Of a stretch of 64,000 nucleotides of DNA, positions 59,344-64,000 are shown one piece after another. The position numbers were made by a program, and so were the translations under genes. Where the stretch lies: NCBI RefSeq assembly GCF_963576615.1, contig NC_088708.1, forward strand, positions 42,925,115 to 42,989,114. Direction: 5' to 3'. This DNA is from Watersipora subatra. Its lineage: Eukaryota. How positions within the stretch are numbered: the stretch's first letter is position 1; the number at the start of each line of letters is the position of its first letter. The notes under the pieces are model-generated. The model worked only from the letters and a program-made list of their open reading frames with translations, searched no databases and had not been told where the DNA came from.

Positions 59344-62300
59344 CTGCGATGCCTAAAGTGAAACCAAAACTATAGAACATATTGTGATGGACAAGGGAAT
59401 GACAGCGTTAATTTCTATAGTAAGGCCAATCAATATTCGACCTATAAATTTAGTGTGATCCAATGTTGACTTGCTACATCAATATAATATTCTATCTATC
59501 TGATGCGATATCACACCGATCTATGTATTACCGAGGTTTACTTCACATGATCACACAATCAAGCAAGCAAATCTGGCATGTGACAAATAATAAATTGGGT
59601 GGCAGACTAGCTATGATAGCAAGGGGCATGATTTTTGTATGAGTGGCAGCCCTACAACCACAGAATGGATTGATTAATCCTAGAGTACCTTCAATATCAC
59701 TGCGAAATTAAAGACAGGTACTAACTACAGGTTCAACAGCACACATGTATGTGGAACACCAACCGGTAGAAATGCAGCTAATAGAAATGGAGTTAGAAAG
59801 CAAGAAAAAACCCAACAAATAGTCGAGTATACACAAACAGAGCACCGAGTGTCACTTTAGACATAAAAACGAGGCAAATATTGAAAATAGCAACATAGAT
59901 TGACACATTGGCATGTGCTTCCTTTTAGCCTTTTAGTCAGGTGAGGCTCACTTCAACAAGCGTTCAAGAACTTTCCATGTCTTCACGCAGTTGTTATACA
60001 TATATAGGATGATCTATCACAGTTGGCTTCTATTTACAGGTGCAAGAAAAGTAGAAAGGACGCCCACTGTCCATGTACGAACACCATAGCCACCTAGAGC
60101 ATTAGCGGAAGGAATGTAAAAAGGCTAGCATTAAATTCATAAGCAATTGCTGAAGGAAGAAATGACAGACCTCCCGCCGATGTTTTCTGTCCTGTACATA
60201 AAATAAAAAAATACGTAAGAATTGATAGAACGTAGGACCAAACCATGTATGATACAAAAAGTAAAACTTGATGAATATTTTAAATGAAAGACAAATCCAG
60301 AGCACACATCACAGTTGATCACTTTTATTTTAGAAATGTGAGTAAATGTAGGCCGACTATAAAATACAGGTTGTTTGTAGGTGTGTGGGTTGTGTGCACA
60401 TAAATTCAAAAAGGCGTTGTTCAAAGCAGTGTCTTTCCACCTTAAGGAAGGCCACTAACATTAAGCCATAACGGGTCATCGAGTATTTTTGACATTATAG
60501 GATGTTAATCATGTGTAAAACACAACCTAAAAAATTTCTTGTATAACATAAATGCATTTTCAATTAGGCTACAATCTTTCAAATATTGGATAATATTGGC
60601 TGACAAATTTATTTCCGAAGATTTAGTTACTTTCAACTTTTTTAAAACCCTGAATTATAACTCGTTCTCCATCTACAGCAAGGTATACCGCTGGTAGAAA
60701 ATGCAAATCAATTATACCAGAACTAAATATTGAAAATAATATTGCATAAAAGCTTACCTTAGGATCCTTTTTCGTTTCCTACAAAAAAATGTACAAACAT
60801 CAGCTAGAATGTCACTACGCTGCCCTGTGATCTGCTATTGCCAAAGACTACAGACGTGACAAACCTACCCCACCACCAACATCACACAAAGCAAGGGTCG
60901 AGTGGTGGAGCTCTTCAAACATCAATAATGCACATTTAGTGACTCTCGACAATCTTTTATGATACTCGTGTGGCAGCCAATCAATGCGCTGTCGTGCTTA
61001 CTAATCAGACAAACAGCTAAATCACTGACTCTAGAGATGAAGTGAGACACAAGTGAGGCACAAATTGATCTAGCTAATAGGAATACCATTAGTGAAGTAA
61101 AACCGTTATTGAAAGCTGTTACAATCAGGTAGAATTCGTAATACCATAATGTATTCGTAATACCATAACTGTCAGGTGAATGTCAAACGGTGTGACACAC
61201 ACTCAGGCAAAACTAAACGTTGGAAAGTACAAAATGTGTTAAAACTTTTAGAACAAGTATCCGGCCTTGAAATATATTTGAAAACCATCAATAAATGCTT
61301 TTATTCATGTACAATGTACATATATTTTTAAAATGCTCGTGAATAAGGAAGAGAGACTAAATTCATGAGTTAATTTAGTATTTGAAGACATTGTAATTGG
61401 AACAAGCCTTGCAAACTATATCATGTAAATATACTTAATATATGCACTTGAATTTACATGTGTTATTTATCTTTTATCTACATGTATATACATTTACACA
61501 TGCATCTACATACATATATACTTAGAGATTTATGTATATTAATCTCTAAGTTTGTCTGTATGTATGTCTGTCTGTGTGTGTGTGTGCACTTCGGCAAGTC
61601 CAGCTATAGCTATTAAAATCTTGGATTAAAATTTTGCAATCTGCTGAATGTGAACTCACGAAGATCGCAACCGCAGGTTGAGAATCCAATTGCCTATCCA
61701 CAAGTCTACGATGGCTCTTACGATAGCTATTACGATTCACAGCTTCTACTATATACTGTATAGACCCTGTTCTCGATAGCACCCGCTAAATGACGTATTA
61801 GGTGAAACTTTATGATTTCTATTAACTCTATTAAACACGATGCTTTTCCATGTTTTCTAAAACTTCTATTTCCAATTTTTCGTAGGGTTCAAGTGCTAAA
61901 TCGCGGTCAAGGCCAATACTTTTCACGCGAATGATTGTATTATCTCGAGTAGGAATAGCCTCTACATTCTCTCCATCCGGTCATACAAAAACAGTATGAT
62001 ATCTCATTTTTACATTTTATCGGTATCGAAAGGTACCAGTATCGTCGTATTCAAAGTTTTGATGGACAGCTTCTGGTGGACCGGTACCCTTTTTTATACA
62101 CACACACTTTTATGCGAGAATTGTTATTAATAATTCAACATATTCAGGAATTTTATTTCGTTTTCTCAGTTCGTATTACATGTAATTGTATCATTACCAA
62201 ATCATCTTTTATTGTATTCGTAGCAAAACAGTCTTAATTCAGCTATTACTTGCTAATTATTTCACATTTACATTTAAACACTTTTACAGTTGTTTCATTT

Positions 62301-63147
62301 TGTTAATTAATTCATTTGACCCGCACAAAAAGTTTTCTCATGATATGAAGTTTGAAAGTTGCAGTTGTTTGACAAAGTTTGAAGATCTTAACGTTTGTTT
62401 TATTTTTTCTCTTATTTTATTTAAACTGCACAAACCACTTTTCTCGTGATATGAAGTTTGAAAGTTAGAGTGGTAATTGTTGTTAAATGTTAAAAAAAAA
62501 CAAATCTTCTGTGCAAATACTTTTATTACTTGGACAACGCCGGGTATTCACCTAGTTAGTTCATATACCGTACTTTTCGGACTATTAGCCCGCTACTTTT
62601 TTCCCGATGTTTTGAACCATGCGGCTTATTTAGAGGCTGCGGCTATTCTGTGGTTTTTTATCTTTCACCGCTAGGGCGTATTAACCGGAATCTCTGGTTA
62701 GTGCGCCTCTAGTGGGGAAAGAAAAAACGAAACAATGCCTAACGGTACTGTTCCGCTAGGCACTGGGTTACAAAGCGACGGTTAATACAGAACAGTGCCT
62801 AACGTGTTAAAAAGCACCGTCCTGAGTTCTGCGGCCTATACAAAAGGTGCGGCCTATGTATTGTTTTATTACCTTTTTTTTTTAAACTAAAGCAGATGTG
62901 GCTTATATAGGAGTGAGGTTAATAGTCCGAAAAGTACGGCAAATAAAAAAGCTGTCATGTCAGGTGGAAAACTCTAAGTCAAATTCAACCTTGTTTTTTA
63001 CAAAACTTCAACAGACTAATAATAACATAAATAATAATAATAATTAGCCAAAGCAGTGAAAGCATTAAGCTTGGTCAAGCAACAGCTTACACTGAGATAT
63101 GGCGGACATAACATGGCTAGCAGTTGAGTAACTAAAACAAGTACAAA

Positions 63148-63700
63148 GTGACTGGAGTGGGTGTAGTACCAGCTGTAGTACCAGCTGTAGTATCGGGTGT
63201 AGTACCAGCTGTAGTACCGGGTGTAGTACCAGCAGTAGCACCGGGTGTAGTACCAGCTGTAGTATCAGGTGTAGTACCAGCTGTAGCACCGGGTGTAGTA
63301 CCAGCTGTAGCACCAGGTGTAGTACCAGCTGTAGCACCGGGTGTAGTACCAGCTGTAGTACCACGTGTAGTACCAGCAGTAGCACCGGGTGTAGTACCAG
63401 CTGTAGTATCGGGTGTAGTACCAGCTGTAGTACCGGGTGTAGTACCAGCAGTAGCACCGGGTGTAGTACCAGCTGTAGTACCGGGTGTAGTACCAGCAGT
63501 AGCACCGGGTGTAGTACCAGCTGTAGTATCGGGTGTAGTACCAGCTGTAGCACCGGGTGTAGTACCAGCTGTAGCACCAGGTGTAGTACCAGCTGTAGCA
63601 CCGGGTGTAGTACCAGCTGTAGTACCACGTGTAGTACAGGGTGTAGTACCACGTGTAGTACAGGCTGTAGTACTGGGTGTAATACCGTGTGTAATACAGG
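63148..63700. repeat. 12-bp (24-bp) minisatellite x about 46 (ggtgtagtaccagctgtagtaccg); the minus strand encodes TTPGATAGTTPG
   Basis: The direct repeats are visible. All six frames are open. Confidence 0.95.
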
Positions 63701-63768
63701 CTATAATTGTAGTTACAGTCACAACTATGACTAAAGTAAGTACAACAAGACTGCACATACAGTTTTAA

Positions 63769-63771
<3 letters not shown>

Positions 63772-63809
<38 letters not shown>
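63772..63809. repeat. (TA)19 microsatellite
   Basis: Simple repeat. Confidence 0.95.
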
Positions 63810-63813
<4 letters not shown>

Positions 63814-64000
63814 TTCAGTATCTCATCACAGAGCTCCTTCAGATTAGTGCACCAAAACCTGAGTTGACTTGGTCTTGAGATAGATTAGGCATAAAGGTAC
63901 AGAAGGCATAAAGTTACATAGTCATATCACCAAAGACTGAAAAGTGTGCCATGCTACTAACGGAAACAATGTAAGCGAAGATAGCCTATACTCGACTCAT

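Noticed and set aside
61845-61990. Minus-strand open frame ..ENVEAIPTRDNTIIRVKSIGLDRDLALEPYEKLEIEVLENMEKHRV* considered as an MPDZ L27 exon
   Set aside because: It ends in a stop, does not resemble an L27 domain, and no flanking acceptor-donor pair fits the phase. It is left unannotated.
1-64000. Interpretation as a prokaryotic locus with operons or defence systems
   Set aside because: The sequence has spliceosomal introns, AATAAA signals, microsatellites, LINE and SINE elements, and orthologues of metazoan genes (RBM39, MPDZ, MGLL). Six-frame bacterial-style ORF calling is not applicable.

Overview
This is eukaryotic (metazoan, probably invertebrate) nuclear DNA: AT-rich, with GT-AG introns and many microsatellites, so the six-frame ORF track is mostly uninformative outside exons. 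I reconstructed four multi-exon genes by reading splice junctions and checking that exon lengths keep the reading frame. All manually derived exon coordinates should be treated as approximate (a few bp either way).

- A monoglyceride-lipase-like alpha/beta hydrolase lies on the + strand (CDS 7206-12022, 8 exons).
- A four-exon gene of unknown product lies on the - strand (13210-14323).
- An RBM39 (CAPER/HCC1) orthologue lies on the - strand (CDS 14945-23510, 10 exons).
- A large MPDZ/PATJ-family multi-PDZ gene lies on the - strand (last exon 37821-38100, exons traced up to 59343, with some exons still missing).

The most interesting structure is the intergenic region 26.5-34.1 kb. It holds four 5'-truncated or degenerate copies of a non-LTR retrotransposon of the R2 superfamily. 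The ORF carries RT motifs, a CCHC finger and a PD..D..K restriction-like endonuclease (RLE) domain. Every 3' end (..GAGGAAACAATTTT) abuts a (TA)n tract, the 5' truncation points also abut (TA)n, and the copies sit in a 4-kb inverted-duplication (palindrome) structure. This pattern suggests a (TA)n-microsatellite-targeting element lineage that may be undescribed.

Other features are several MITE or foldback-like inverted-repeat elements in introns, three tRNA-derived SINE-like fragments, numerous mini- and microsatellites (one with a 123-bp higher-order repeat), a tandem array of four CCAAT/Y-box motifs at the window start, and a Thr/Pro-rich 12-bp minisatellite with a possible mucin-like ORF at the window end.
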